NCBI GenBank assembly: GCA_963677925.2
Contig: CAXXYH010000004.1
Location: 1,248,001-1,312,000 of the forward strand
Length of the DNA stretch: 64,000 nt
Source: Spirochaetia bacterium
Lineage (GTDB): Bacteria > Spirochaetota > Spirochaetia > UBA9216
Reading direction: 5' to 3'
Below are positions 45,333-55,539 of the stretch, one piece after another. A program made the position numbers and the translations under genes. The notes beneath the pieces are model-generated. The model made no database searches. It had not been told where the DNA came from and saw only the letters and a program-made list of their open reading frames with translations. How positions within the stretch are numbered: the stretch's first letter is position 1; every line of letters begins with the position of its first letter.

Positions 45333-46094
45333 ATGCTTGCGGAAGAGAGAAGACAGAAAATATACAGGCTGATAGAAGAAGAGGGAAGCGCCCGGGTCAG
45401 CCGCTTAAGTGAAGTATTCAAGGTTACTGAAAACACTATCAGAGTTGATTTGGATTTTCTGGAAAAAGATAATCTGATAGTGAAAAAGCACGGCGGGGCT
45501 GTTCTGGCTAATGTATCGCAGAAGGTCCGGCAGCTATCGCTTCAGCACTGTGAAAATATGGACTTGAAAGAACGTATTGCCTTAAAGGCTGCTGAGTTTG
45601 TAGAGAACGGTGAAACCATTATCATTGATTCAGGTACCACGACAACAGAACTGGCCAGAAAGCTCATTCATAAACATAATCTGATAGTTATTACCAATTC
45701 TCTTAACATAGCACTCATTATAGGAGGTGAAACCAGTTTTGAGCTGCATGTAACCGGCGGTGAATTTAAAGCCCCGACTCTTTCTCTTACCGGAGACCGG
45801 GCTGCTATGTTTTTTTCGAATCTGCATGCCAGTAAGCTTTTTCTGGCTACCGGAGGAATTGCTGAAGGCGGCGGATTAACCTATCCCGGACTGAATGATA
45901 TCCCGGTGAAAAAGGCTATGCTTGAGTCGGCAAAAGATGTCTATCTTCTGGCTGACTCAACCAAAATCGGAAAGAATGCGTTCGCAGCAATTCCTGATGC
46001 CATGCAGTATGTTGATTACCTGATCACCGATCAGATGGTTGTTGATCCTGAAAAATACGGGCTGACTGAAGATCGTATTATTATTGCAGATTGA
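45333..46094 (+). CDS. DeoR/GlpR family transcriptional regulator
   Basis: EERRQKI, VTENTIRVDL, HGGA, IDSGTTT, LADSTKIG. Confidence 0.93.
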   Translation: MLAEERRQKIYRLIEEEGSARVSRLSEVFKVTENTIRVDLDFLEKDNLIVKKHGGAVLANVSQKVRQLSLQHCENMDLKERIALKAAEFVENGETIIIDSGTTTTELARKLIHKHNLIVITNSLNIALIIGGETSFELHVTGGEFKAPTLSLTGDRAAMFFSNLHASKLFLATGGIAEGGGLTYPGLNDIPVKKAMLESAKDVYLLADSTKIGKNAFAAIPDAMQYVDYLITDQMVVDPEKYGLTEDRIIIAD

Positions 46095-46153
46095 CCGCAG
46101 CCTGTAATAACTGAGACAATTTTAAAACCTGGAAAGTTTTGAAATTGTGATCT

Positions 46154-48400
46154 TTATCTGTTTTTCAGTTTACTGAGTAGTTCCTGAACCTTCTTCTCCG
46201 GCACCATTTCGGGGTTGAAGAGTGACAGCGCTCTCAATGGCATGAAATGTGCCATCTGTTCGAGCATGTCGTTTTCGCCCAGATCGAGTTCCGGAAAAAT
46301 CTGCAGATCAAAGTCCTTCATTACGTCTTTGAGATCAGGATCAGACATCAGATCTCCGAACATTGTGTTTTGATCATAGTGTTTTTTTATAGATGCTGTT
46401 GATTTTACATTTACCGAAACACTGCGGCGAATATCTGCTGATGAAGCTCCTGCCAGGATTTCAAACTCACCTGATTCCACATACCAGTCTCTTATATCTG
46501 TATTGTAGAAGGCAAAAGCCCTTTTCCGAAGTTCAAATTCAATAATCTGAGACTCACCTGGCTCAAGGGAAATCTTGTTGAATGCTTTAAGTTCCTTGTC
46601 GGGCCGGACTACTGAGGATTTGGAATCTCTGATATAAATCTGTACAATTTCTTTTCCTGCAACTGTTCCGGTGTTTTTTATTGTCAGGCTGATTTTGACC
46701 GTTTCGTTATCAGAGATAGAGTTTTTATCCACTCTTAATTCTGAATATTCAAATGAGGTGTATGACAGCCCGTGACCGAAAGGGAAGAGGACGGGGATTC
46801 CTGTTTTGTCATAGTAACGGTAACCTATAAACAGGCCTTCACGGTATTCAACTTTGTTATGTCCTCCCGGAAAGTTTGTATGAGACGGGTTCTGGCCAAG
46901 AAATACCGGAAAGCTTTCAGCCAACTTTCCGGAAGGGTTAACCTTTCCGAATATAATGTCTGCGACAGCTCCGCCTGCGGCCTGGCCTCCGAGGTAGCCT
47001 TCGAGGATCGCTTTGACTCTGGAAATCCACGGCATCTCGACAGGGGCTCCGTTGGCCAGAATTATAACTATATTATTGTTTACTTCAGCTATCGCATTTA
47101 CGAGAGTGTTCTGGTTGGAAGGCAGCCCCATATCGGATCTGTCATATCCTTCTGATTCGATCCGTTCAGGAAGGCCGATATACAAAATTACAGTATCAGC
47201 TTCTGATGCGGCTTTAACTGCTTCTGAAATCAAAGCACTGTCGGCATCATCGGTGCTTAATGAGTACCCGCGTGAATAGGTTATGTCCGCACCGGTTCCG
47301 GCATTCTGAAGCTCATCAAATGGAATTTCGATTCTTGTAGGATTAATGTGAGAACTGCCTCCGCCCTGGTATCTGGGTTTCTTTGCAAGTTCACCGATGA
47401 CTGCTATTTTTCCTGATTTTTGAAGGGGCAGAACTGAATCTTCATTTTTAAGCAGAACCAGACATTCACCGGCAACTTTGCGTGCGAGTTTGTGATGTTT
47501 TTCGCTGTCAAAAACTGAAACTTCTTTTTTCTCTGAAACTGCCTTGTTTATTATTCCAAGTAACCTGCGTACTGCTTCATCCAGGACGTCCATCTCAAGC
47601 TCGCCGGAGTTTACTGCTTCTATGATTTTTCGTATACCTGTTCCGTTGCTTGACGGCATTTCAAGCTCAAGGCCGGCTTTAAGTGCATCAGCACGCTCAT
47701 TGACGGCTCCCCAGTCCGAGACTACAAATCCTTTATATCCCCATTCCTTTCTGAGAATTTCATCCAGAAGGTAGGCATTTTCGGAACAGTATTCGCCGTT
47801 GAGACGGTTGTATGCGCACATAACAGTCCATGGCCCGGCATTTTTAACCGGCCCCTCAAATCCGGGGAGATATATCTCCCTCAGGGTTCTTTCGTCAACC
47901 TCGGAGGATATTGTCATTCTTCTTGTTTCCTGGTTGTTTGCGGCGAAATGCTTTATGGATGTTCCTATGCCTTTACTTTGAACTGCATTAACGTAACTTG
48001 CAGCAAGTTCTGAAGTTAAATACGGATCTTCCGACAGGTATTCAAAATTTCTTCCGCAGAGAGGTGATCTTTTAATGTTGAGAGCCGGTCCAAGCAGTAT
48101 TGATACGTTTTCAACAAGCGCTTCAACAGCGAGTGCATTCCCTACTTTTTCCAGAAGGGTCCGATCCCAGGAACAGGCCAGACCTGCTCCTGAAGGAAAA
48201 CATGTGGCGGGTACACTTTTCGATACACCCAGATGATCAGCTTTTTCGGCCTGTTTTCGCAAGCCGTGTGGGCCGTCACTGACCATTATTGAAGGAACTC
48301 CAAGCCGTTCTATACCATGAAGATGCCAGAAATCTTTTCCGCAGCACATTGCTGCCTTTTCTTCGAGAGTCATCCCGCTTATTATCTTTTCTATATCCAT
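46154..48400 (-). CDS. Glycoside hydrolase family 3 (beta-glucosidase-like), cytoplasmic
   Basis: SDGPHGLR, GRNFEYLSEDP, KHFAANNQE, VVSDWG nucleophile, ESEGYDR, Fn3-like C-terminus; no signal peptide. Confidence 0.94.
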   Translation of the reverse strand: MDIEKIISGMTLEEKAAMCCGKDFWHLHGIERLGVPSIMVSDGPHGLRKQAEKADHLGVSKSVPATCFPSGAGLACSWDRTLLEKVGNALAVEALVENVSILLGPALNIKRSPLCGRNFEYLSEDPYLTSELAASYVNAVQSKGIGTSIKHFAANNQETRRMTISSEVDERTLREIYLPGFEGPVKNAGPWTVMCAYNRLNGEYCSENAYLLDEILRKEWGYKGFVVSDWGAVNERADALKAGLELEMPSSNGTGIRKIIEAVNSGELEMDVLDEAVRRLLGIINKAVSEKKEVSVFDSEKHHKLARKVAGECLVLLKNEDSVLPLQKSGKIAVIGELAKKPRYQGGGSSHINPTRIEIPFDELQNAGTGADITYSRGYSLSTDDADSALISEAVKAASEADTVILYIGLPERIESEGYDRSDMGLPSNQNTLVNAIAEVNNNIVIILANGAPVEMPWISRVKAILEGYLGGQAAGGAVADIIFGKVNPSGKLAESFPVFLGQNPSHTNFPGGHNKVEYREGLFIGYRYYDKTGIPVLFPFGHGLSYTSFEYSELRVDKNSISDNETVKISLTIKNTGTVAGKEIVQIYIRDSKSSVVRPDKELKAFNKISLEPGESQIIEFELRKRAFAFYNTDIRDWYVESGEFEILAGASSADIRRSVSVNVKSTASIKKHYDQNTMFGDLMSDPDLKDVMKDFDLQIFPELDLGENDMLEQMAHFMPLRALSLFNPEMVPEKKVQELLSKLKNR

Positions 48401-48406
48401 ATTTAT

Positions 48407-49534
48407 TTACTTTTCAACGACAATTACTTCGTTTCCCCTTACTTTATAATTTGTTATTATCTCCTGATTGGCGGAAATCTCTTCCATGTAGGACACTATT
48501 TCGTTAAATTCGGGGTTCTCTGCGGTAAGGACAAAGGGGTTTGATGCTTCATCAAGCTGAACAGGCAGAAATGAGACCGCTTTTATTTCCTTGTCACGAA
48601 TATTTACCTTGATAATCAGGGACTTGTAAGAGTCGGGAGGCATGGGCCTGTTAGGAGCATCCTTCCATGCTTTGTTCAATTCCTGAAGTTCCTTATGCTG
48701 GGCGGTATTATGAAGATCCAGATTCTCTGCAAACAGGAAGGGAGGATCAAGCGCAAAGTTGGCCATACTGTAGATTATTGCTTTGCCCTTATATATCTCA
48801 ATAGGTTTGAGAATGTGGGTGTGATGACCCAGGATTATATCCGCGCCGGCTTCAATTGCTGCATAGGCCCCGATTTTCTGATATTCGGCGAGTATTGCAG
48901 GTACAAAGTGAATACCCCAGTGGAAAGACACTGCGACGATATCCGCCTGCTTGCGGATCTCTTTTATATCGCTGGTCATTGCCTGAAGATCCTCCCACAG
49001 CGGAAAGCTGTGCAGTCTCACCGGTGTTTCAGGCTGATCGTGTTCTATCCGCTCAAATGCAGTTAATGCCCGAAAGGGGGCGCATCCCGGGCGATCTTTA
49101 GTTGCGAAATAATTCTGTGGAATTATTGAATTGTAGCCCAAAAAGGCTATTTTTGTATCCCCCAGGGTGACTATTACCGGTTTTCTGGCTTCCTGCAGAT
49201 TTGCTCCGGCTCCGATAACCTTCAAATCATTCGCTTTAAGGTTTTCAATAGTATCGAAGAAGGCCTCACGGCCCCAATCCATGCAGTGGTTTGTTGCAAA
49301 ACTTATAACATCAAATCCGGCTGCTTTAATAGCTTCGGCGCCTGCGGGGTTTCCTCTCATCGGAAGCCTGGCCTGGGGTAGGGGCGTTCCAACATTTGAC
49401 AGACATGGTTCGAGCTGGCCGAACAGCAGATCCCCGTTTTTGAGTGTTTCCCGTACTCCATTAAAAATTGAATCGGGGTTATCCCTGTTCGTACCGATAT
49501 CTCCGACAGCAAGTAGATTGTATTCCTGTTTCAT
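48407..49534 (-). CDS. CapA/PgsA-family metallophosphoesterase-fold protein
   Basis: VGDI, ATNHCMDWG, HWG, GHHTH, YSMANF; no TM anchor. Confidence 0.85.
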   Translation of the reverse strand: MKQEYNLLAVGDIGTNRDNPDSIFNGVRETLKNGDLLFGQLEPCLSNVGTPLPQARLPMRGNPAGAEAIKAAGFDVISFATNHCMDWGREAFFDTIENLKANDLKVIGAGANLQEARKPVIVTLGDTKIAFLGYNSIIPQNYFATKDRPGCAPFRALTAFERIEHDQPETPVRLHSFPLWEDLQAMTSDIKEIRKQADIVAVSFHWGIHFVPAILAEYQKIGAYAAIEAGADIILGHHTHILKPIEIYKGKAIIYSMANFALDPPFLFAENLDLHNTAQHKELQELNKAWKDAPNRPMPPDSYKSLIIKVNIRDKEIKAVSFLPVQLDEASNPFVLTAENPEFNEIVSYMEEISANQEIITNYKVRGNEVIVVEK

Positions 49535-49560
49535 TTTTCAGACTTCCTTTTAATATTTAT

Positions 49561-51585
49561 TTAGTAAAGAAAACATGAGGCAAAATGGCCCGGTTTAACT
49601 TCTTTAAGCTCCGGCACTTCTTCGCTGCAGCGTTTTGTTGCGTGTTTACACCGGACATGGAAGGGGCATCCCGAAGGTATATCCTTTGGGCTTGGAACTT
49701 CGCCGGGCAGCATTATCCTGTTTCTGGTCAGTTCAATATCGGGATCCGGGATTGGGATCGCCGAGAGCAGTGCCTGGGTATAGGGGTGCATTGGATTTGC
49801 ATATAGCTCATCCCAGCTGGTTTTCTCCACAATTCTTCCGAGATACATGACTATGATCCGATCACTTATATGCTGGACTACTGAAAGATCATGAGCTATA
49901 AACAGAAATGACAAGTTCAGTTCTGCCTGCAGCTTTTCCAGAAGATTGATAATCTGGGCCTGTATTGAAACATCAAGAGCTGAGACGGGTTCGTCGCAGA
50001 TTATAAGTGAAGGTTTGCTGGCTAGTGCACGTGCAATACCGATTCTCTGGCGCTGGCCGCCGGAAAGCTCATGAGGCGACATCGGCATCAAGGATGGATT
50101 TAGTCCGACCTGTTCAAACAGCTCGGCTACCTGAGTATTATAATCCTTCTTATCCTTTACATACTTGTGCACTATAAGCTGCTCGCCGACAATGTTGCCG
50201 ACTGTCTGCCTTGGATTAAGTGAGCTGAAAGGATCCTGAAAAATCAGCTGGAATCTGCTTCGTTTATGTCTCAGCTTTCGATGCGGCATAACGGCAATGT
50301 TGTCGCCCTCAAACATGACGCTTCCCGCTGTAGGATCAACCAGACGAAGTATGGAGCGTGCAATAGTAGTTTTTCCGCATCCGCTTTCACCGACAAGCCC
50401 CAGGGTTTCACCTCTGCGTACCTGGAAAGACACATTATCGACAGCTTTTACGTATTTCTGTTTTCGGCTGCCTGCAAATGCCTTTCTTTTAACCGGGAAA
50501 TAGGTTTTCAGGTTTTGTACGTCAAGAAGAATTTCATCTGAGATTTCCCGATTCAATCTGAAATTCAGTGTAGCTTCGGCTCCCTGCTTGCTTATTCTTC
50601 TGTTGTAGCAGGCTGCAAAATGGCCCGGAGAAACTTCCGACAGCGGCGGTCTGCCGCTATTCCGGCATACATCAAGAGCCTGGCAGCACCTCTCCATGAA
50701 ACTGCATTCTTCCGGTTTCTCCTTCAGTGACGGAGGCAGGCCGGGGATGGGTGTAAGGTTATGGTCCTTGCTGGCATTCAGGCTGGGTATTGAATTAAGC
50801 AGTCCTACTGTATATGCGTGGCGCGGGTTCCTGAATAATTCGGTTGTAGGTCCTGATTCTACAATGGAGCCTGCATACATTACATAGATCCTGTGAGCGT
50901 ATCTTGCTACAATTCCAAGATTGTGGGTAATGATGATAAGGGCTACCTGAGTTTTGTTCACTATATCCTGCATCAGTTCCAGAATCTGGGCCTGAGTTGT
51001 TACATCCAGGGCTGTGGTTGGTTCATCTGCTATAAGGAGTTTAGGGTCGCATGAAAGCGCCATCGCGATCATGATTCTCTGTCTCATACCTCCTGAAAAC
51101 TCATGCGGATAGGAGTCGCAGCGTTCTTCGGCGTCCGGAATTTTAACCATTTTCAGAAGCTCAATCACACGGCTGCGGGCTTCTTTCCTGTTCATACCTT
51201 TATGGCGTATAAGTGATTCTGAAATTTGATCGTTAACGGTCATTACAGGGTTCAATGAGGTCATCGGTTCCTGAAAGATCATCGCAATCCTGCCGCCGCG
51301 AATGTCCTTGAGTTCTCTGCTCTTTCGTTTCAGGCTGAGCAGATCTTTTTCTTCAAACAGGACCTCGCCATTTTCAATCATGGCAGGCGGCACCTGCAGA
51401 AGCTGCAGTGCACTGAGGTTTGTTACTGATTTACCGCTGCCGCTTTCTCCGACAATGCTTATTATTTCACCGGGATTCACATGAATAGAGACTCCGTTTA
51501 CTGCATGCACAGTACGGTTTCTGGTTTTAAATGTAGTTTCAAGATCTTTAATTTCAAATAACGGCTTCTGTTCTGTCTGCACCAT
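49561..51585 (-). CDS. Fused dual ATP-binding subunit of an Opp/Dpp ABC transporter
   Basis: Two NBDs: GESGSGKS/FSGGMRQR and GESGCGKT/LSGGQRQR; AAGGAG RBS before 51585. Confidence 0.92.
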   Translation of the reverse strand: MVQTEQKPLFEIKDLETTFKTRNRTVHAVNGVSIHVNPGEIISIVGESGSGKSVTNLSALQLLQVPPAMIENGEVLFEEKDLLSLKRKSRELKDIRGGRIAMIFQEPMTSLNPVMTVNDQISESLIRHKGMNRKEARSRVIELLKMVKIPDAEERCDSYPHEFSGGMRQRIMIAMALSCDPKLLIADEPTTALDVTTQAQILELMQDIVNKTQVALIIITHNLGIVARYAHRIYVMYAGSIVESGPTTELFRNPRHAYTVGLLNSIPSLNASKDHNLTPIPGLPPSLKEKPEECSFMERCCQALDVCRNSGRPPLSEVSPGHFAACYNRRISKQGAEATLNFRLNREISDEILLDVQNLKTYFPVKRKAFAGSRKQKYVKAVDNVSFQVRRGETLGLVGESGCGKTTIARSILRLVDPTAGSVMFEGDNIAVMPHRKLRHKRSRFQLIFQDPFSSLNPRQTVGNIVGEQLIVHKYVKDKKDYNTQVAELFEQVGLNPSLMPMSPHELSGGQRQRIGIARALASKPSLIICDEPVSALDVSIQAQIINLLEKLQAELNLSFLFIAHDLSVVQHISDRIIVMYLGRIVEKTSWDELYANPMHPYTQALLSAIPIPDPDIELTRNRIMLPGEVPSPKDIPSGCPFHVRCKHATKRCSEEVPELKEVKPGHFASCFLY

Positions 51586-51616
51586 TTTCTCCTTTTGTAT
51601 CTTCAGCAAATATTTG

Positions 51617-52459
51617 TCATGCCAGGTTTTTAACATGGGGATCCAGAGCATCACGAATCCCGTCACCAAAGAGATTGAATGATAAAACTACAACCATAAT
51701 TGCCGCACCCGGTGCTATTGCCTGTACAGGGTTCGTAAAAAGATAGCTGGCTCCATCGCTGACCATGCTTCCCCAGGCTGCGGTAGGCGGTTCAACGCCT
51801 AAACCCAGAAAGCTTAGTGTTGATTCAACCATAATTGCCATACCCAGATTCATTGTGATCATTACAAGCAGCGGAGAGATTGTATTGGGAATTAAATGCT
51901 TTAGAATTATTCTTGCCTCACTGCTTCCTACTACCTTCTGTGCTGTTATATAGTCGCTTTTTCGAACTGCTATAACCTGGCCGCGCATCATTCTGAGATA
52001 AGCTGGAATAAGTGTGATGCCTAAGCCTATCATTATGCTTTTCAGGCCGCCTCCGATCGCCGTACCGACTGCCATGGCAAGCAGTATTGGAGGTATAGAA
52101 AGCATGGCATCTGTGAATCTTGAGAGAATAGTATCTATAATTCCTCCGAAGTATCCGGCAAAGATGCCAAGTGTGCATCCGATCGAGCCGGCAATAAGGA
52201 TTGCGACTACTGCTATCAGCAGAGAACTTCTGGTTCCGAACATGATCCTTGAAAGCGTATCCCTTCCGAACTGGTCAGTTCCAAGCAGATGTTTTGCAGA
52301 AATCCCCTGCAGCCGCTGTGTCAGATCTATTTTATAGGGATCGTAGGGGGATAAAAGAGGAGCAAATAAAGCGCATATCAGCAAAAGCAGGATAACTGCA
52401 AAGCTGACGATAATAATTTTACGAATAAACAGTGTTCTCATTATTTCCTGAATTTTCAT
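51617..52459 (-). CDS. Opp/Dpp ABC permease (OppC-like)
   Basis: HLLGTDQFGRD, AWGSMV, GDGIRDALDP. Confidence 0.92.
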   Translation of the reverse strand: MKIQEIMRTLFIRKIIIVSFAVILLLLICALFAPLLSPYDPYKIDLTQRLQGISAKHLLGTDQFGRDTLSRIMFGTRSSLLIAVVAILIAGSIGCTLGIFAGYFGGIIDTILSRFTDAMLSIPPILLAMAVGTAIGGGLKSIMIGLGITLIPAYLRMMRGQVIAVRKSDYITAQKVVGSSEARIILKHLIPNTISPLLVMITMNLGMAIMVESTLSFLGLGVEPPTAAWGSMVSDGASYLFTNPVQAIAPGAAIMVVVLSFNLFGDGIRDALDPHVKNLA

Positions 52460-52476
52460 TTAAGTACCTGTTCCCT

Positions 52477-53421
52477 TTAATTTTTCCGAATTCTTGGATC
52501 AACCCAGCCGTAAGCAAGATCCACCAGCAGGTTTGCCAGTACTACTACGAATGCAACAAGCAGAACGCAGCCCTGGACCATCGGGAAGTCCCGGTTCTGT
52601 ACGCTTGCAATAATCAGCCGGCCCATTCCCGGTATATTGAAGATTTGTTCAGCAAGCAGAGAGCCTCCGACAAGGCTGCGCACGATCATCCCCAGCAGGG
52701 TTATTACCGGAATCAGCGAGTTCCGGAGAATATGTTTAATTATGACGACATGCTCCAGCAAGCCTTTTGATACCGCCGTACGGACATAATCCTGAGCAAG
52801 GGTTTCAAGTACTGCTGATCTGGTCTGGCGTGTGATAATTGCCATTGGCCCCAGAGACATGAGTACAACCGGCAGGATTGCTTTTCGAAGACTATCCACC
52901 AAATCTACCGTAGGTGAAGTGTATCCCTGCGTCGGCAGGATACTTAGTTTCAAAGCAAAAAGATAAATACATAGAATACCTATCCAGAATTGCGGCATGG
53001 AAACACCGATATTTGCAAACACATTGACCAGCGAGTCGATTATCTTTCCCCTGTTCATTGCTGCAATGATTCCCAGTGTAATGCCGAAAAGAACGCCTCC
53101 TATAAGGGCTATCCCGTTAAGGTAGAGTGTAATGGGCAGCCGTTTGAGGAACATCCCGAGAACCGGTTCGTTGTAGTAGATGGATTCACCCAGATCTCCC
53201 CGAACTGCATCTTTTAGCCACAGGTAATACTGTGTCAGGAATGGTTTGTCCAGGTTCAGTTCTGCCCTCAGTGTCGCAACTTCTTCCGGGGTGGCATCTA
53301 TTCCCAGCATGGCAACTGCGGCATCGCCGGGGATGAAAGCAAGTACAGAGAAAGCGATAAATGAAACGAGGATAAGAACAATAACAGCCTGCGGTAATCT
53401 GTTAAATGCATATTTTAGCAA
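52477..53421 (-). CDS. Opp/Dpp ABC permease (OppB-like)
   Basis: PGDAA, TRSAVLETLAQDYVRTAVSKG, DPRIR; TTG start at 53421 after AAGGAG. Confidence 0.9.
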   Translation of the reverse strand: MLKYAFNRLPQAVIVLILVSFIAFSVLAFIPGDAAVAMLGIDATPEEVATLRAELNLDKPFLTQYYLWLKDAVRGDLGESIYYNEPVLGMFLKRLPITLYLNGIALIGGVLFGITLGIIAAMNRGKIIDSLVNVFANIGVSMPQFWIGILCIYLFALKLSILPTQGYTSPTVDLVDSLRKAILPVVLMSLGPMAIITRQTRSAVLETLAQDYVRTAVSKGLLEHVVIIKHILRNSLIPVITLLGMIVRSLVGGSLLAEQIFNIPGMGRLIIASVQNRDFPMVQGCVLLVAFVVVLANLLVDLAYGWVDPRIRKN

Positions 53422-53507
53422 CTTTGACTCCTTCAAATCCTTATTGTCTTGAGATATTTGTGTTTTTGTAAAAACTGAACTGTGTTTAAAAACAGAATTT
53501 TAGTCTA

Positions 53508-53537
53508 ATTATAGATATGCCCGTCTTTAGATGTCAA
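53508..53537 (-). promoter_or_regulatory. sigma70 promoter of the minus-strand opp-capA-GH3 operon
   Basis: Minus strand TTGACA-18 bp-TATAAT. Confidence 0.7.
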
Positions 53538-53661
53538 GGAAAAGTTTTTATCAGCAGAGTTGTGTAAAGGAGTCTCAAAATTAAGAAAATTTTTAAATAT
53601 ATACATTATAGAAGTATATGAATCTAAAACTGAGTGAATGTACGAACTTGCTTATTGTTTC

Positions 53662-53725
53662 TTGACATCTGAAGTATTCGGGTTTATCGTTAAGTAATTC
53701 ACAATATGAATCAAGTTCATATTGT
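53662..53725 (+). promoter_or_regulatory. oppA promoter plus palindromic operator
   Basis: TTGACA-17 bp-TATCGT followed by ACAATATGAA-TCAAG-TTCATATTGT (53701-53725). Confidence 0.75.
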
Positions 53726-53764
53726 GGACTATCTTCAATAAAAAGAGGAAACGGAGGAAGATTT

Positions 53765-55393
53765 ATGAAAAAAGGGAATTGTGTGCCTGCAGGCATAATG
53801 ATGTGTATGCTGGTTTTTCTCATGCTGTTCATGGGCAGTATGAATCTGGCTGCCAGAGGTAATCAGGAGGGGGCTGATACTGGAGCAGATTCAGCCGTAT
53901 CGGGTACCAGCCCCGGGGAACCTGTTTATGGCGGTGTATTAAAGCTTGGGCAGAATAGAGATGTGGCTGTTTTCGGCTACCCTGCTGCAAACGGCTGGGG
54001 AGGGGCAACATATTACTATGACCCTGTTATGGAGACTCCTTTAAAACTTAATCCGGACGGATCTCTTTCAGGTAAATTGGCAACTGATTGGGGTTATATA
54101 AACGATGAAAAAACTGAACTAAAACTGACGGTTCGTCAAAATGTACGCTTTCATGACGGCTCTGTGCTCAATGCGGAAGTCATGAAGTGGAATCTTGAGA
54201 ATGCAATGGAAGAGCAGAAAACTGCCGCCAAGAGATTTGATCATATTGATGTTACCGGTGAGTATGAGCTAATTATTTATCTGACTGAACCCGATTATAC
54301 TCTGGTAAGTTATCTGGCTTCTAATACCGCTTTTTATATGATTTCAAAAGAAGCTGTTGAGAAAAATGGTGTTGACTGGGCTAATTCTCATCCGGTTGGT
54401 ACCGGCCCGTTCAAGCTTGTAAGCTGGGAACAGGATGTTAAGACTGTATTTGAAAAGAATGATGACTACTGGCAGGAAGGTCTTCCTTATCTTGACGGTG
54501 TTGAAATATACACAATGCCTGAGGAAATGGTACTTGTGGCAAGTATGCAGTCAGGCGATATCGATGTACTATTCGATCCTGTTGCTCAGTCAGTTGAAAC
54601 ACTGAAAGCTACCAATAAATTTAATATTGTCGGCTCCAGGCTTCCGGCAACACTCAACCAGCTCTTCCCGAGCTCCGGAACTCCGGGTGATATTCTGGAA
54701 AACAAGGATCTTCGTCTTGCTGTATGGCATGCGGTTGATTTCAAGGGAATTGCTGAAATGTTTCTGGGTGAATATGAGGATTACGCATATCAGCTGGTTT
54801 CAGAGGAATCGCCCGGTTTTAACCCCGAGATACCCGAGCATCAGTATGATCCCGATCTTGCAAAAGAATATCTTAAAAAAGCCGGTTATCCTGATGGCTT
54901 CGAGTGTGATCTGTATATTAAGAATCTTGGTCTTTTTCCCGATATTGCTACAACAATACAGGCATACTGTGCTGAGGTCGGGATTAAGCTCAATGTTGTG
55001 ATGAAAGACTCTACCGGATATGACGCGCTTATTATAAAAGAAGGCTGGAAGAATGGATTTCTTCTGATGAATTACAATCCTACGCTCCCGACTATGTCAC
55101 GTATCTATGACTTCGGTTTCCAGAGATCCACAATAAAAATCTTTTACAGATCAATGGCGCTTAATGATGCAATCTATGATGCGGTTGATAAGGTTGTTCA
55201 TCAGGAACCTTCGGGTGAGCAGTTCTACAAAGACTTTCAGGAAATGAACAGGCTATGGATTGAAGAGGCTGCTACAATACCTATCTATTTCAAAAAAACG
55301 GTCTGTGTTAAAAATCCAAAAGTTCATGATGACGGAAACGGTGATTTGCCGACAGGTATATGGACACCTGCTACAGCATGGATGGAAAAGTAG
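53765..55393 (+). CDS. Opp/Dpp substrate-binding protein (SBP family 5)
   Basis: PVYGG, VRFHDG, HPVGTGPFK, YWQEGLPYLD, AGYPDGF. Confidence 0.92.
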   Translation: MKKGNCVPAGIMMCMLVFLMLFMGSMNLAARGNQEGADTGADSAVSGTSPGEPVYGGVLKLGQNRDVAVFGYPAANGWGGATYYYDPVMETPLKLNPDGSLSGKLATDWGYINDEKTELKLTVRQNVRFHDGSVLNAEVMKWNLENAMEEQKTAAKRFDHIDVTGEYELIIYLTEPDYTLVSYLASNTAFYMISKEAVEKNGVDWANSHPVGTGPFKLVSWEQDVKTVFEKNDDYWQEGLPYLDGVEIYTMPEEMVLVASMQSGDIDVLFDPVAQSVETLKATNKFNIVGSRLPATLNQLFPSSGTPGDILENKDLRLAVWHAVDFKGIAEMFLGEYEDYAYQLVSEESPGFNPEIPEHQYDPDLAKEYLKKAGYPDGFECDLYIKNLGLFPDIATTIQAYCAEVGIKLNVVMKDSTGYDALIIKEGWKNGFLLMNYNPTLPTMSRIYDFGFQRSTIKIFYRSMALNDAIYDAVDKVVHQEPSGEQFYKDFQEMNRLWIEEAATIPIYFKKTVCVKNPKVHDDGNGDLPTGIWTPATAWMEK

Positions 55394-55417
55394 AAATACT
55401 TCCTTAATCCCCCTATA

Positions 55418-55452
55418 CTGCAGCCGTCGTATTGTGTCGGCTGCAGGTTTTG
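55418..55452 (+). terminator. Hairpin/terminator after oppA
   Basis: CTGCAGCCG/CGGCTGCAG stem followed by GTTTTT. Confidence 0.65.
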
Positions 55453-55539
55453 TTGACTTTGATTTTATAAATGCTTTTAGTTTGCTGAAATCACTAATGA
55501 TCTTATCAACCTGTTTATTACCATAGGAGCCTATTAAAA

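Noticed and set aside
48407-49534. Poly-gamma-glutamate capsule locus
   Set aside because: No capB/capC and no membrane anchor; the context is catabolic.
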